NCBI GenBank assembly: GCA_963699975.1
Contig: CAVOVY010000001.1
Location: 1,070,184 to 1,134,183, forward strand
Origin: an uncultured Gammaproteobacteria bacterium
GTDB taxonomy: Bacteria; Pseudomonadota; Gammaproteobacteria; Xanthomonadales; Rhodanobacteraceae
Direction: 5' to 3'
Length of the DNA stretch: 64,000 nucleotides
Positions 28,057 through 39,054 of this stretch are shown piece by piece. A program made the translations under genes and the position numbers. Positions within the stretch are counted from its first letter, which is position 1. Every line of letters begins with the position of its first letter. The notes beneath the pieces are model-generated. The model did no database searches. It had not been told where the DNA came from and saw nothing but the letters and a program-made list of their open reading frames with translations.

Positions 28057-28947
28057 TTACGCGAGTTTTTCAACCCGCGCGCGGACGACATCGGGCCGCG
28101 CCTGCGCATCCCAGTCGACGGGCACGGCGACTTGTGCATTTTGCAGCGTTGTATCCAATGCCGCGAAATCCACTTCGGCGATCAGCCAGGTCGCGCCCGG
28201 ATCGGCGATGACGAGGATCCCGTCCGCCGGCAGGCCACGATCGCTCGGCGCATAGAGCGTGGCGCGGCCGGTGTTGGTATCCAGCGCCGGGTTGTCCGGC
28301 GCCTCGCCCGTGGTGACCGACTGCGCGACGTAGAAACGATTTTCCAGCGCACGCGCCATGCAGCCGACGCGCACACGCGTCGCGCCCGCGTCGGTGTCGG
28401 TACAACTCGGCACCAGCAAGAGTCTGGCGCCGGCCTGGCGCTGCGCACGCGCATACAGCGGGAATTCGGCGTCGTAGCAGATATTGATCGCGATGCGCCC
28501 GTACGGCGTGTCGAATACTTTCAATACGTCGCCCGGCTCGATGACGCCGGCCTGTTTCTCGAACCCGGTCAGCGTCAGTTTGTCCTGGAACACGTGCTTG
28601 CCGTCCGCCGTGAAGAAGTACGCGCGATTGCGGTAGCGGCTATTGGGCTGAGCGAGCAGAAACGTTCCTGCAACGAGGTGGACGCGATGCTCGCGCGCAA
28701 GACGCGCAAACAGCGCCAGCCAGTCTTCATGCAGGGGCTGCAAGGCCGCGAGCGTGGCGACGAAGTCCGCGCGCAGCATCGGTGCCAGTGTCGTGGCAAG
28801 TTCGAGCGCGAGATATTCCGGGAACACGACGATCTGCGCGCCGCCACTCACGGCTTCGGCAACCGCTTTGGAAATGCGCGCCGCGAACTCGCCGAAATTC
28901 GCCGGCGAGCCGATGGTCCATTGGGCGAGTGCGAGACGAAGTTTCAT
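28057..28947 (-). CDS. Carbon-nitrogen hydrolase family protein
   Basis: E-K-C triad motifs VFPEY, QDKL, ICYDAEFP. Confidence 0.92.
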   Translation of the reverse strand: MKLRLALAQWTIGSPANFGEFAARISKAVAEAVSGGAQIVVFPEYLALELATTLAPMLRADFVATLAALQPLHEDWLALFARLAREHRVHLVAGTFLLAQPNSRYRNRAYFFTADGKHVFQDKLTLTGFEKQAGVIEPGDVLKVFDTPYGRIAINICYDAEFPLYARAQRQAGARLLLVPSCTDTDAGATRVRVGCMARALENRFYVAQSVTTGEAPDNPALDTNTGRATLYAPSDRGLPADGILVIADPGATWLIAEVDFAALDTTLQNAQVAVPVDWDAQARPDVVRARVEKLA

Positions 28948-28952
28948 CGTAT

Positions 28953-29543
28953 CTAGATGATGTCGCGCAGCCAGAATCGCAAGCGCTGCGTGCTTGGCGC
29001 GGCATCGCCGATCTGCTGCCAGTCGATCGCACAGAACATGTCCTCTTGACGCCGATAGCCGCGCTTGTTCCAGAACACATCGTTCGGTCGAAAATTGTCA
29101 GGCTTGCGTGGATCGCTCACGTCGCGTTCGACCGCACAGAATGCGGTCAAAGCGAAGCGGCCGAGTCGGCGCGCATAACCCTCGCGCTCGTCGAAGAAGC
29201 GATGGCCGAGCCCGTGCCCGCGATAGTCCTTGAGCAACACCGATTCGCCGAAATAGAAAACGTCGGCGAGCGCGATGCCGCAATCGATAAACGGTTTCTG
29301 GAATTCGGCCGTTTCGTCGGTCAATGGAATGCCGGTCGATGCGCCGATCACGCGCTCGCCATCGAAGGCGAGCACGAACAGACTCTCGGGCGACTTCGCA
29401 TAGGTCGCCAGATATTTCTTCTCGTAGTCGCGATCGCCGGCGTACAGATACGGCCAGTCGCGGAACACGGCGATGCGCAAGGCGGCCAGCGCATCGAGAT
29501 GCGGCGCGACAGCGGCGCCGGTGAAGGTATGGATCTGAATCAT
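28953..29543 (-). CDS. GNAT N-acetyltransferase
   Basis: LRIAVFRDWPYLY, YFGESVLLKDYRGHGLG. Confidence 0.9.
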   Translation of the reverse strand: MIQIHTFTGAAVAPHLDALAALRIAVFRDWPYLYAGDRDYEKKYLATYAKSPESLFVLAFDGERVIGASTGIPLTDETAEFQKPFIDCGIALADVFYFGESVLLKDYRGHGLGHRFFDEREGYARRLGRFALTAFCAVERDVSDPRKPDNFRPNDVFWNKRGYRRQEDMFCAIDWQQIGDAAPSTQRLRFWLRDII

Positions 29544-29621
29544 TTCGCTACGTTGATGAATCTTGCACGGACCGCAAACATAATCATCGCCAATTTCACC
29601 ATCCGCACAAACCCGGTACGG

Positions 29622-30147
29622 TCACAGTTTCTGATAGACCAGAATGCCACAGTCTTTGACGTTCCGAGGAATATCAGACCAGGTGGCATTCTCGATATAT
29701 TGATTGAGGTCGATGGTGAATTTGAGAAGTTCCTGCAACTCGGTTTCCCATCTCTTGCTGCACGGCAGCTTGGTAATCGACAGGACTTCCTCTTGTATAG
29801 CTTCCTGTGCCGTTGGACGTGGTGAGCGTGATCGATTCGCCGTCCACAGTGCCCGACATATTGAGACTTGTTCCGAGCGAGACAGGGGGCTTCGCAATCA
29901 GGGTGATCGAGTTCCCGTTGGCGACCCCTGAGAGATTGAACGTGTTCTCTGCGATTGTCCCGTTGGCATTCAGCGTTGTGCTTATCATCGACCCAAGCAG
30001 GTTACCATCCTGCCCTTGGGTTAGCTGGATCATTTCGACAAAATTCTGCCCGCGCTCGACATAGGTGCCAGAAACCACATACGCCGAACACCCGTTGCAG
30101 ACCATCGCCATCACTACGCCGACGCAAGCAATCCACCAACGGTTCAT
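29622..30147 (-). CDS. Low-GC hypothetical lipoprotein (frameshift near 29750)
   Basis: Signal peptide ending CNGC; beta-rich body; C-terminus probably continues in ORF 29622-29897. Confidence 0.6.
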
Positions 30148-30257
30148 ACCATGACTCCATCCCTAGGACGGGTCGGATTCTATGGCAGAACAACCAGGGG
30201 CGCCAAAGCAACTTGATGTTAGGTCATGGCTTGAGGGAATACGGCTTAACAGCAACA

Positions 30258-31479
30258 TCAAAGCTGCAGCCACTGCGCCGCACCCTGCCCCGCGATGCGT
30301 CCGCTGGCAAGGCACGCGGTCAGCAGATAGCCGCCGGTCGGCGCTTCCCAGTCGATCATTTCGCCGGCACAGAACACGCCGGGTAATGTTTTCAGCATGA
30401 GGCTTTCATCGAGCGCATCGAAGCGCACGCCGCCTGCGGTGCTGATCGCTTCATCGAGCGGGCGCGCACGTTGCAGGCGCAATGGCAGGGATTTGATCGT
30501 CGCGGCGAGACGCTCCGAATCCTGCGTCTCTGTCTTGCTCAGCACCTCGTAGAGCAGCCCCGCTTTGACCCCATCGATGCCGGCCTGACGGCGCAAATGC
30601 TCGCTCAGGCTGCGGCTGCCACGCGGGCGCGCGAGGTCGCGCGCGAGACGCTGCGCGTCGCGGCCGGGCGCAAGGTCGAGGCGAATTTCAACGCTTCCAT
30701 GTGCCGCAATCGCATCGCGCAACTGCGCACTGAACGCATAGATCAAACTGCCTTCGATGCCGGGCGTGGTGATCACGAACTCGCCCTGCCGGCGCGCCAC
30801 CGCGCCATCGGCGGCGCGCCATTCGACGACCACCGGTTTGACCGGCCGCCCCGCGTGACGCGCGGCGAAGTGTTCGCTCCAGCCACCGTTTATATCGAAA
30901 CCGCAATTGGACGGTTGCAGCGGCGCGATGGCGATCTGCGCGCTGTTCCAGCAGCGGCACCCAGCTCGCGTCCGAACCGAGCACCGGCCAACTGCCGCCG
31001 CCAAGCGCAAGCACCAGCGCATCGGCGCGTATACTTTTCTCAGCGTCCGTGTGCGCAAAGCGCAATGCGCCATCGTCGCTCCAGCCGAGCCAGCGATGGT
31101 GCACATGGAAATGCACACCACTCGCACGCAGCCGGCGCACCCAGCCGCGCAGCAGGGGCGCGGCCTTGAGATCGCTCGGAAATACACGGCCAGAACTGCC
31201 AGTGAAGGTTTCGATCCCCAAACCGCGCGCCCATTCGCGCAACCCGTCCGCATCGAACCGGCTTAGCCAGGCGCGCATTTCCTTTTCGCGTGCGCCATAG
31301 CGTGCTACGAACGCCTCGAATTTTTCCGCATGGGTGAGATTGAGCCCGCCCTTGCCGGCGATCAGGAATTTGCGCCCGACCGAGCCCATGCGCTCGTAGA
31401 CATGCACCTCGACGCCCGCCGCGCGCGCGACTTCGGCCGCCATCAAGCCAGCCGGGCCACCGCCTATAATCGCGATCAT
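30258..31479 (-). CDS. HI0933/BaiN-like flavoprotein (TIGR03862 type; frameshifted)
   Basis: IIGGGPAGLMAA, GRKFLIAGKGGLNLTH, GSSGRVFP, AISTAGGV, AGEMIDWEAPTGGYLL. Confidence 0.92.
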
Positions 31480-31636
31480 CGGCGCGATGCGCGAACTCGC
31501 GTCGCCGCGATCAACCTCCGGTCGCGACGGCATGGCGATTTCTCATTGCTTACCCATCGGCGGTTCGCGCTGAATGCGCGCTCCAGTCCATGGTAACAAG
31601 CGCGCCCTCGCATCCGCAGGCGCGCCGCAAAAAAAA

Positions 31637-31939
31637 TTACCACCAACCGAACCGGTGGTGCGCGTGGCCGCGCGTGAACATCCAGACCCAGAACATGGCG
31701 AACGCGAACTTCATCAGCTTGCGCATGCCGCGCAGCAGGAAGAACCCGCCGACGACCGCAGCCGCGACGATCAACCACTTGTTGAACTCGCTGCGCTTCT
31801 GGCCATCGGCCACGCTCTGTGCCGAAGCCGATGTACAAGCCTGGTGCACGACCTCGACGATATTGGCGAGACCTTGCGAGGTCGTCGCGCCCGAGCTGTT
31901 GCGCAGGGTGTCGATTACGCTGGCGATACTGGTGTTCAT
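31637..31939 (-). CDS. Small hypothetical membrane protein
   Basis: 100-aa ORF with GGAG RBS and hydrophobic C-terminal helices. Confidence 0.6.
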   Translation of the reverse strand: MNTSIASVIDTLRNSSGATTSQGLANIVEVVHQACTSASAQSVADGQKRSEFNKWLIVAAAVVGGFFLLRGMRKLMKFAFAMFWVWMFTRGHAHHRFGWW

Positions 31940-32138
31940 GATTCGCTCCCGGACCGAAACGGCGGCCGCAGCAGCATGATCGGCAATCGCCCGCGCATAC
32001 GTCAGTCGCAGCCGTCAGCGGATCGGGGTGACATTCGTCAGGTCTGGCACGCGACAACGGAACGCAGCGTCGCACGCATGGTGGTTCCCGGATTCCCATC
32101 TGTGGCGCATGCTTGTCATCCGATAGGAAACCGAAAAA

Positions 32139-32912
32139 ATGAAAACTTCCCGCATGCCCGCGCTGTTCGTCGGCCACGGTTCGCCGATGAACGCGATCGA
32201 GGAAAACGCGTTCACGCGCGGCTGGCAGGACGCGGCCGCGCGCATTCCAAAACCGAAGGCGATCCTGTGCATCTCTGCGCACTGGGAATCGCGCGGCGTA
32301 TTCGTCTCCAGCGCCCGGCAGCCGGAGACGATTCACGACTTCTATGGCTTTCCGCAGGCACTGTTCGATGTGTGTTATCCGGCACCGGGCGACCCCGCAC
32401 TGGCACAACGCGTCGCGGCCATGGTTAAAAGTATAAAAGTAAACACGACGCCCGAATACGGCCTCGATCACGGCGCCTGGAGCGTGCTGCGCGTGATGTA
32501 TCCGCAGGCCGATATTCCGGTGGTCCAGCTCAGTCTCGACACGGCGCAACCGGGTGCGTTTCACCATGCATTGGGCCGCGAACTCGCGCCGCTGCGCGAC
32601 GAAGGCGTGCTGATCTGCGGCAGCGGCAATATCGTGCACAACCTGCGCCTGCTGAATTTCCGCGATCCGGCGGCGCCGGATTGGGCCGTGCGCATCGATG
32701 ACGCCGCGCGCGCGCGCATCGCCGAAAATCGCCATGCCGAACTGGTCGACTGGCGCAATCTCGATTCACAAATTTCACTTGCCATTCCGACGCCTGAGCA
32801 TTATCTACCGCTGCTTTACGTGCTCGCCGCCAGGCACGACGGCGACGAAACCCGCATTTTCAATGCCGAACTTTTCAGCACGATCTCGATGACCTCTGTG
32901 CTGTTTGGCTGA
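32139..32912 (+). CDS. ygiD: 4,5-DOPA extradiol dioxygenase (LigB family)
   Basis: LFVGHGSPMNAI, ISAHW, HDFYGFP, GLDHGAW, GSGNIVHNL, PTPEHYLPL. Confidence 0.9.
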   Translation: MKTSRMPALFVGHGSPMNAIEENAFTRGWQDAAARIPKPKAILCISAHWESRGVFVSSARQPETIHDFYGFPQALFDVCYPAPGDPALAQRVAAMVKSIKVNTTPEYGLDHGAWSVLRVMYPQADIPVVQLSLDTAQPGAFHHALGRELAPLRDEGVLICGSGNIVHNLRLLNFRDPAAPDWAVRIDDAARARIAENRHAELVDWRNLDSQISLAIPTPEHYLPLLYVLAARHDGDETRIFNAELFSTISMTSVLFG

Positions 32913-32922
32913 GGTAATGCCT

Positions 32923-33056
32923 CCCTTCTCCGTCAGGGGAAGGTGGCGCGAAACGCCGGATGAGGAGAGACCGCACAAAAAATTTGCCGTTTCTATCCTT
33001 CAAGCAAAGCTTTTCCCTCATCCGCCCTTCGGGCACCTTCTCCCGGTGGGAGAAGG
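32923..33056. repeat. Intergenic inverted REP doublet
   Basis: CCCTTCTCCGTCAGGGGAAGGTGGC...CGGATGAGG paired with CCCTCATCCG...CACCTTCTCCCGGTGGGAGAAGG. Confidence 0.85.
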
Positions 33057-33270
33057 AAAACTCAAAGGCAGAGCCGCACGCCGAGGACGAATCGGGCCGA
33101 TCCTCGTCTTAGGCGCATCCCGCCAGCGCAATGCCTTGCACACAACGGCGGCGTGAAAGGGAATTCGCGCAAGGATCGGAGGAATTCATCGAACACGGGA
33201 CCGGTTGGGATGGCATCACATTGCTACACTGGACAGCCTTGCACAAGCTGCCGCGGCATTTCGCATCCCG

Positions 33271-34129
33271 ATGAATTATCGCCACGCCTTCCACGCCGGC
33301 AATTTCGCCGATGTGTTCAAGCACGCCATCCTGGTCGGCCTGATCCACGCGCTGAAAGCGAAACCGACGCCGTTCTGTTACATAGACACGCATGCGGGCG
33401 CGGGCAAATATGATTTCCGCGACGAGGAGGCGCGCAAGACCGGCGAACACGTCGACGGCGTGCAGCGCCTGCTGATCGCCGCCGTCGTTGCCCGATGCAT
33501 TGCGCGCCGTATTTCGATTTGCGTGCGTGCGGCGAACTCAGCGGACGCGAACGGGCATCTGCACGTCTATCCCGGTTCGCCGCTGATCGCCAGTCTGCTG
33601 ATGCGCGCAACACGATCGCGCCGTGCTCTGCGAATTGCAGCCCGACGAAGCGGCGAAACTGCAAAGCGCTGTTCGCCCGCGACGCGCGCATCGGCGTGCA
33701 TCAGCGCGACGGTTATGCCGCGCTCGAAGGGCTGGTGCCGCCGAAGGAACGCCGCGGCCTGGTGCTGATCGATCCGCCGTTCGAGGCGCAGCACGCCGAA
33801 TTCGGCCTGATCCGCGACGCGCTTGGAGTCGGCGTATGCGCGCTGGCCGACCGGCATTTACGCGGTCTGGTATCCGATCAAGCTGCGCCGCGCGGTGTTG
33901 CCGTTCTAGCGCCGGTTCGCAGCGCAAGGGGATCAAGAAAACGCTGTTGGCGGAACTGATGCTGCATCCGGACGATTCGCCGCTGCGCCTCAACGGCTGC
34001 GGCATGGTCATCGTCAATCCGCCCTGGCAATTCGATCGCTGGCTAAAGGAATTGCTGCCCGAGCTGGTGCGCCTGCTCGCGCGCGACGCGCACGCAACGC
34101 AACGTGTGGAGTGGCTGACGGCAGAGTAA
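33271..34129 (+). CDS. rlmJ: 23S rRNA m6A2030 methyltransferase (frameshifted)
   Basis: MNYRHAFHAGNFADVFKH, DTHAGAG, YPGSP, LIDPPFE, VNPPW. Confidence 0.95.
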
Positions 34130-34294
34130 GCCGCCTTGCAAAAATCGGTGAGCACCTTTCCTTCCACATGCGTAACGGCCACCGAATCGTCGCGGAACGC
34201 GGCGAGCGGCCAGAATCCCAAAAAGTGCCGGCACCGTTTCCGGTACCGGCTCGATTTGCCCATTTACGCAGATGCTTCGCGTTGGGCGCCGGAG

Positions 34295-34759
34295 TTATGC
34301 GGCCGCGGCCCACTTGCGATCGCGGATCGACTCGAACTGCTTGCGCATGACAGGCAGGTAGTGAGTCACCACGTTTTTCACCGACACCGGCACGCCCTGA
34401 TCGTGGGCCACGTTGTCATAGGCCTTGAGCAGGCGGTCTTCACTGGCCTGCACTTCGCCGGCGAAAGCGAGGTTCTTGTCGCCGAGCTGGCCACGGATAT
34501 CCGTATACAATTTGTGCCAGGTCGCGCGCACGTTGCTGGCCGGCGCCGTCGATTTCACCGGCGCGGTCTGCAGTTCCTTCGCCAGCGCATCGACGAAGCG
34601 CGTCCTGGTGTCCTTCATTTCCACGAAGATGCTCTTCAGCTGCGGATTGGCGACCTGGTTGGCCGCTTCGCCGAAGAAGGTCGCGCCGTCGCGGGTGATG
34701 TCGACCAATTCGTTCAGGGTGCCGATATTTTCGGTGCGGATGGTTTCAATGGTAGTCAT
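34295..34759 (-). CDS. PA2169/DUF2383 four-helix-bundle protein
   Basis: LNELVDITRDG...F.EAA, EDRLLKAY pattern. Confidence 0.82.
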   Translation of the reverse strand: MTTIETIRTENIGTLNELVDITRDGATFFGEAANQVANPQLKSIFVEMKDTRTRFVDALAKELQTAPVKSTAPASNVRATWHKLYTDIRGQLGDKNLAFAGEVQASEDRLLKAYDNVAHDQGVPVSVKNVVTHYLPVMRKQFESIRDRKWAAAA

Positions 34760-35216
34760 GAGAGTAGTACTCCAATTCTGGGTGGGCGCGCGGGCGCGTT
34801 GCTGTCGTGGTACGGACGCGCGCAGGGATCGCGAGTGCCGGAACTCTCGCTCGTTGAGGGGCTCTGCGCGGAACCACAGTGCGGCGCTGTAAACAGCCCG
34901 GGGGAAGTGTTCCGGATTCATCAATGATAGTCGCCATTACCTGAACTCAACGTTAAATTTTTTTGCCACATTATATACTTATATACATCATCGCACACGT
35001 AACGAAACGCAAACATTCCGGCTATTGGCGAACGCCGTCACATGGCCAGGAATTTCTTCGCCGTTGCGCGAAACTCGTCACGTAATCGCATCGCGAAAAC
35101 TTTGAACTTAGACAGTACGCAGTCGCGCGCGTTGCCTGCCGAAGCAGGGCTATCGCAAACGATTGGTACGGGGGCGCGTCGTTGCCTGCTTCGACCTTGC
35201 AACCCGGAGAACCGTC

Positions 35217-35459
35217 ATGTCCATCAATCCCGTTCGCTACGAAATTCCCGCCTATACCAACCTGCTGGAACTGCTGCTTCTGATCAGAAAGGACCCGGAG
35301 AACAACCCCAAGGCAAAAACCGCCGTCGGCGAGTTGCTCAGCGCAACCCTGGTCCACGAAATCGCCGGTCAGATCGGAGACGTCCGCGCGAGCGAAGCGA
35401 TCCGCAAAGCGGCCGGCGCGGTGATGACGGAAAAGGTGCGTCAGATCGCTGCAGCGTAA
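35217..35459 (+). CDS. Small hypothetical protein
   Basis: 80-aa ORF with GGAG RBS, helical character. Confidence 0.6.
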   Translation: MSINPVRYEIPAYTNLLELLLLIRKDPENNPKAKTAVGELLSATLVHEIAGQIGDVRASEAIRKAAGAVMTEKVRQIAAA

Positions 35460-35547
35460 TCGTGCGCAACGCTTGAGCGAAATCCGCCGATAAACATGGG
35501 GAGACGCAGCAGGCGTGCTGCGTCTCTCCGGTGCATGAAATGCGCCG

Positions 35548-36075
35548 TCACCGGTTCGTCGGATTCGACGACAGACGCCGGCTCGTCTGCAGCACGCCGA
35601 TGTAATACAGAATGTAGTAGCCGACCACGACGCCGAAAATCGCCAGCGTGAGCGGGCTCCTCTGATACGCGGCAAACGGATTCTGATTCGACTGCGCCGC
35701 CGCGTGCATGGACGGATAGACTGCCAGAAACCGGTACGCGATACGTCCCAGCAGCAGCGCCGACACGATCAGGCCGATATAGGTGTGCGGCGTATAGAAA
35801 CTCCCCTGCGCGGTGGTCTCGAACTTGGTCATGCGCAAGCCAAGCCAGCCGAGCGCCGCGCCGATCGCCACGCCCGCGAGCAAGGCGCCGAGCAGATTCA
35901 TGTCACGTGTCGCAGCGAACGCGATCAGCGCGCCGACCACGCACAACAAACCGATGCGAAACTGCATGCGCCCCGCGCTCACCCGCTGCCGCCCGATATT
36001 GCGGCGCACACGTCGGTAGATGGCGAACAGCACGAGCGCGCCCATCAGGATGGGGAAGATCAGTTTTTGGTCCAT
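35548..36075 (-). CDS. DUF1453/CcdC-family membrane protein
   Basis: YRRVRRNIGRQ, TKFE...YTPHTYIG...GRIAYR. Confidence 0.8.
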   Translation of the reverse strand: MDQKLIFPILMGALVLFAIYRRVRRNIGRQRVSAGRMQFRIGLLCVVGALIAFAATRDMNLLGALLAGVAIGAALGWLGLRMTKFETTAQGSFYTPHTYIGLIVSALLLGRIAYRFLAVYPSMHAAAQSNQNPFAAYQRSPLTLAIFGVVVGYYILYYIGVLQTSRRLSSNPTNR

Positions 36076-36170
36076 GGGTTGGTTCCGAAACGAGGCGTGT
36101 CGAATTCTACGTCAGTCGCGGTGGATCAAGCGACTAGGTTAATCAGCCGTGGGCGTTGTAACATCACATA

Positions 36171-36410
36171 ATGAGTCCAACGATCTTTCGCGAAGGCGCG
36201 TTTCGATTCTATTTTTTTTCGCGTGAGGAAACTCGCTTGCATGTTCATGTCCACGCGCCGACCGGTGAAGCCAAGTTCTGGATCGAGCCGGACATCGAGT
36301 TGGCCCTGAACCATGGTTTGAATGCGCGCGAGCTATCCTCCGCGAAACGTCTTGTCGAGGCACACGCAGATGAAATCCGCACGGCTTGGAAAACACATTT
36401 CGGAAGTTGA
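36171..36410 (+). CDS. DUF4160 domain protein (putative toxin)
   Basis: FRFYFFSREE.RLHVHV...GEAKFWIEP. Confidence 0.88.
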   Translation: MSPTIFREGAFRFYFFSREETRLHVHVHAPTGEAKFWIEPDIELALNHGLNARELSSAKRLVEAHADEIRTAWKTHFGS

Positions 36411-36639
36411 AGTCACCAACGTCACTACTCATGGCTTCTGGCTGATGCTCGGAACCCAGGAGAAGTTCGTTGCCTTCGATACGTTCCCCTGGTTTCGCGA
36501 TGCATCGATCCGTCAAATCACGATGGTCGAATGGCCTAGCGCGGGACACCTTTACTGGCCGGAGCTGGATATCGACCTCGCTGTCGATTCGATCGATCAT
36601 CCTGATCGCTTTCCGCTGATGAGCAGAACAATGCGCTAA
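36370..36639 (+). CDS. DUF2442 domain protein (putative antitoxin)
   Basis: FPWFRDA...HLYWPELDIDLAVDSI; overlaps the DUF4160 gene. Confidence 0.88.
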   Translation: MKSARLGKHISEVEVTNVTTHGFWLMLGTQEKFVAFDTFPWFRDASIRQITMVEWPSAGHLYWPELDIDLAVDSIDHPDRFPLMSRTMR

Positions 36640-36677
36640 GCCGGACCTTCGCGGTTGGCTAAGCATGATCGCTAGAT

Positions 36678-37061
36678 ATGAAGCTGAAAAACCTGCCGCA
36701 CTCTATTCAACCGCTGATGGGTGATTTGCTAGATCGCGGCATAGAGATTTGGCTCATTGGTTCTCGCGCGAACCCGACAGACAAACCACCTTCCGATTGG
36801 GATTTGATGATTTTCGGCAAATCTGAATTGGTAAGTGAGCTTTCAGCCATGCCTCCGCCCAAAGATATTGATCTGCTGGTCGTAACTGATGGGGAGAATT
36901 TCGAGTGCCCGTGGCCCCGATCACCTGACGGACTAGTCAAGCGTGGCGAGCTAGCAAAATGGCAGTGGACTCGCACTTCTGAGAACGCAGCGCACTACGA
37001 GGGTACAAAGTGGCCCGACGATTGGGGGTCGCAAAAGAACGCCATACGTATCGAGCGGTAG
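36678..37061 (+). CDS. Minimal nucleotidyltransferase (Pol-beta superfamily) protein
   Basis: IWLIGSRA...SDWDLMI (GS...DxD) plus a third Asp in IDLLV. Confidence 0.8.
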   Translation: MKLKNLPHSIQPLMGDLLDRGIEIWLIGSRANPTDKPPSDWDLMIFGKSELVSELSAMPPPKDIDLLVVTDGENFECPWPRSPDGLVKRGELAKWQWTRTSENAAHYEGTKWPDDWGSQKNAIRIER

Positions 37062-37090
37062 AGCGCCAACAAATCACCGTTCGCGAAAGG

Positions 37091-37970
37091 CTATACAAAT
37101 CCTACCGTCGGTCGATCTTCCGGCCTCTGCAACCAATTATCCGCCGGATACACACACGCGCCATCGACCGCATGCAAGGTATACGCATGCCGCGCCTGCG
37201 CTGAGCGATTCGCGTTGGACAGATGCGGGAAACAGCCGTTGAACACGATCAGGGTGCCGGCTGGTACTTCGAGCCATTCGAGGCGCTGCATGTCCCAGTC
37301 GATGGCGTCGACGACCGTTTCGGTATCGAGTCTGACCATCGGCCTGGCGGCGGAACAGGTTCTTCATGCCCTTGCGATGCTCGCCGGGCAGGCCGCCGAG
37401 ACAGCCGTTGCCGGTGTGCGCGTCGTCGATCGCGAACCAGTAGCCGATCACCGACATCGGCTCGGTGTAGAGATAGGTCGAATCCTGGTGGCAGACCACT
37501 TCGCCGCCGATACCGGGCTGCTTGAAGATGTACATCGACTGCATCACGCGCGGGTCGGCGACGCCGAGACTTTCGCTGATCGCCTGTAGTGCACTGCCCT
37601 TGGAAAATTCCGAGAACACCGGATCGAGGTCGTGCATGGCGTGACCGAGCTTGTTCACCGCCAGCGGCAGCGGGTACGCGAGCTTGCCCTGCGCATCGAA
37701 CGCCTCTTCCTCGAAGAACACGCCGATGCCGCAGGCCGAGTCGAGAAAGTATTGGCTGTCCTGATGCTGCGGACGCTTGGTCGAGAAGATCGTACCCGCG
37801 GCCTTGGGGCCGTGTTCGAGCACGAGTTCGTTCGCGCGCGTGCGCAAGGCCTCGCATTCATCCCTGCTCTTGAAGCCCTCGACGATCAGCACGCCATCGC
37901 GATGGAAGGCCGCGACCGCCTCGTCAGGAAGGCGGCCCGATGGGCGCGTTGAGCAGCGGGTGATGGGCAA
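37091..37970 (-). CDS. Phytanoyl-CoA dioxygenase (PhyH) family Fe/2OG oxygenase (frameshifted)
   Basis: NKLGHAMHDLDP, QSMYIFKQPGIGGEVVCHQD, PHLS...RHAYTLH. Confidence 0.9.
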
Positions 37971-37973
37971 GGC

Positions 37974-38883
37974 TCAGTCCGTCACATCCGGCTCGAAAAA
38001 GCTCCAGCGGATTTCCGGAAACCGCGCCTTCATCGCCGCTTCGACGACGTTGATCGCATCGACCACGTGCGTCGTCAACGGATCGCCCGCCATCTCGGCC
38101 TTGATCGCGACCATTACTTCGTTGCCGAGCTGCAGCGTGATCACGTTGAACACGCGCTTGACTTCGACACGGCCGTTGAGGAAATCGAGGATCGCCGCGC
38201 GGGTTGCCGGATCGGCGCTCTGGCCGATCAGCAAGCCCTTCACTTCGGCGGCGACGAACATGGCAACCACGACCAGCAACGCGCCGATCGCGAGCGTGCC
38301 GATCGCATCGTAGATCGGGTCGCCGCTGGCGTACGTCGCCAGCACGGCGGCGAGCGCGAAGGTAAGGCCGAACAGCGCGGCGAGATCCTCGCCGAAGATC
38401 ACGATCAGCTCGCTTTGCCGGCTTTGGTGGAACCAGCGCCACAGCGAAAGCTCGCCGCGCGCCTTGTTGACTTCGGTGAGACAGCCCCACATCGAAAAAC
38501 TTTCGGCGACGATGCCGAATGCGAGCACGCCGACCGCGACCCATGGCCAGCGCAGCGGTTCGGGCGCGATCAGCTTGTGCACGCCCTCGTAGAGCGAGAA
38601 CGCCCCGCCGACGCTGAACAGCAACAGCGCGACGAGGAACGACCAGAAGTATATTTCCTTGCCGCGCCCGAGAGGATGGTCGGGCGTCGCCGGCGCGCGC
38701 GCGCCGCGCATGCCGAACAGCAGCAGCAGCCTGGTTGCCGCAGTCGGCGAGCGAATGCACGGCCTCCGCGGTCATCGCGCCCGAACCGGTGAGATAGGCC
38801 GCGACCGCCTTGGAAGCGAAGATCGCGAAATTCGCGCCGAGCGCATAAAAAATCGTTTTGAGCGAATCAGGCTTGCCGGACAT
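37974..38883 (-). CDS. Cation diffusion facilitator family transporter (frameshifted)
   Basis: ALGANFAI, AEAVHSLADCGNQ, HPLGRGKEIYFWS, GEDLAAL. Confidence 0.9.
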
Positions 38884-39054
38884 TGGGGCTCAGTTCCCCG
38901 CCACCACGCTGTAGAGAACGGAGTCTAACACCGGAGGAATGATGCGCAGCGTGCCTTTCGTTGGATAATCGCCCCGATTAAACCGTATTTTCTACAGTCA
39001 CCTTGCTGAACCGGGGCCGCCTGAATTAGGTAGCCTGCTCCAGATTGTGGTTGC

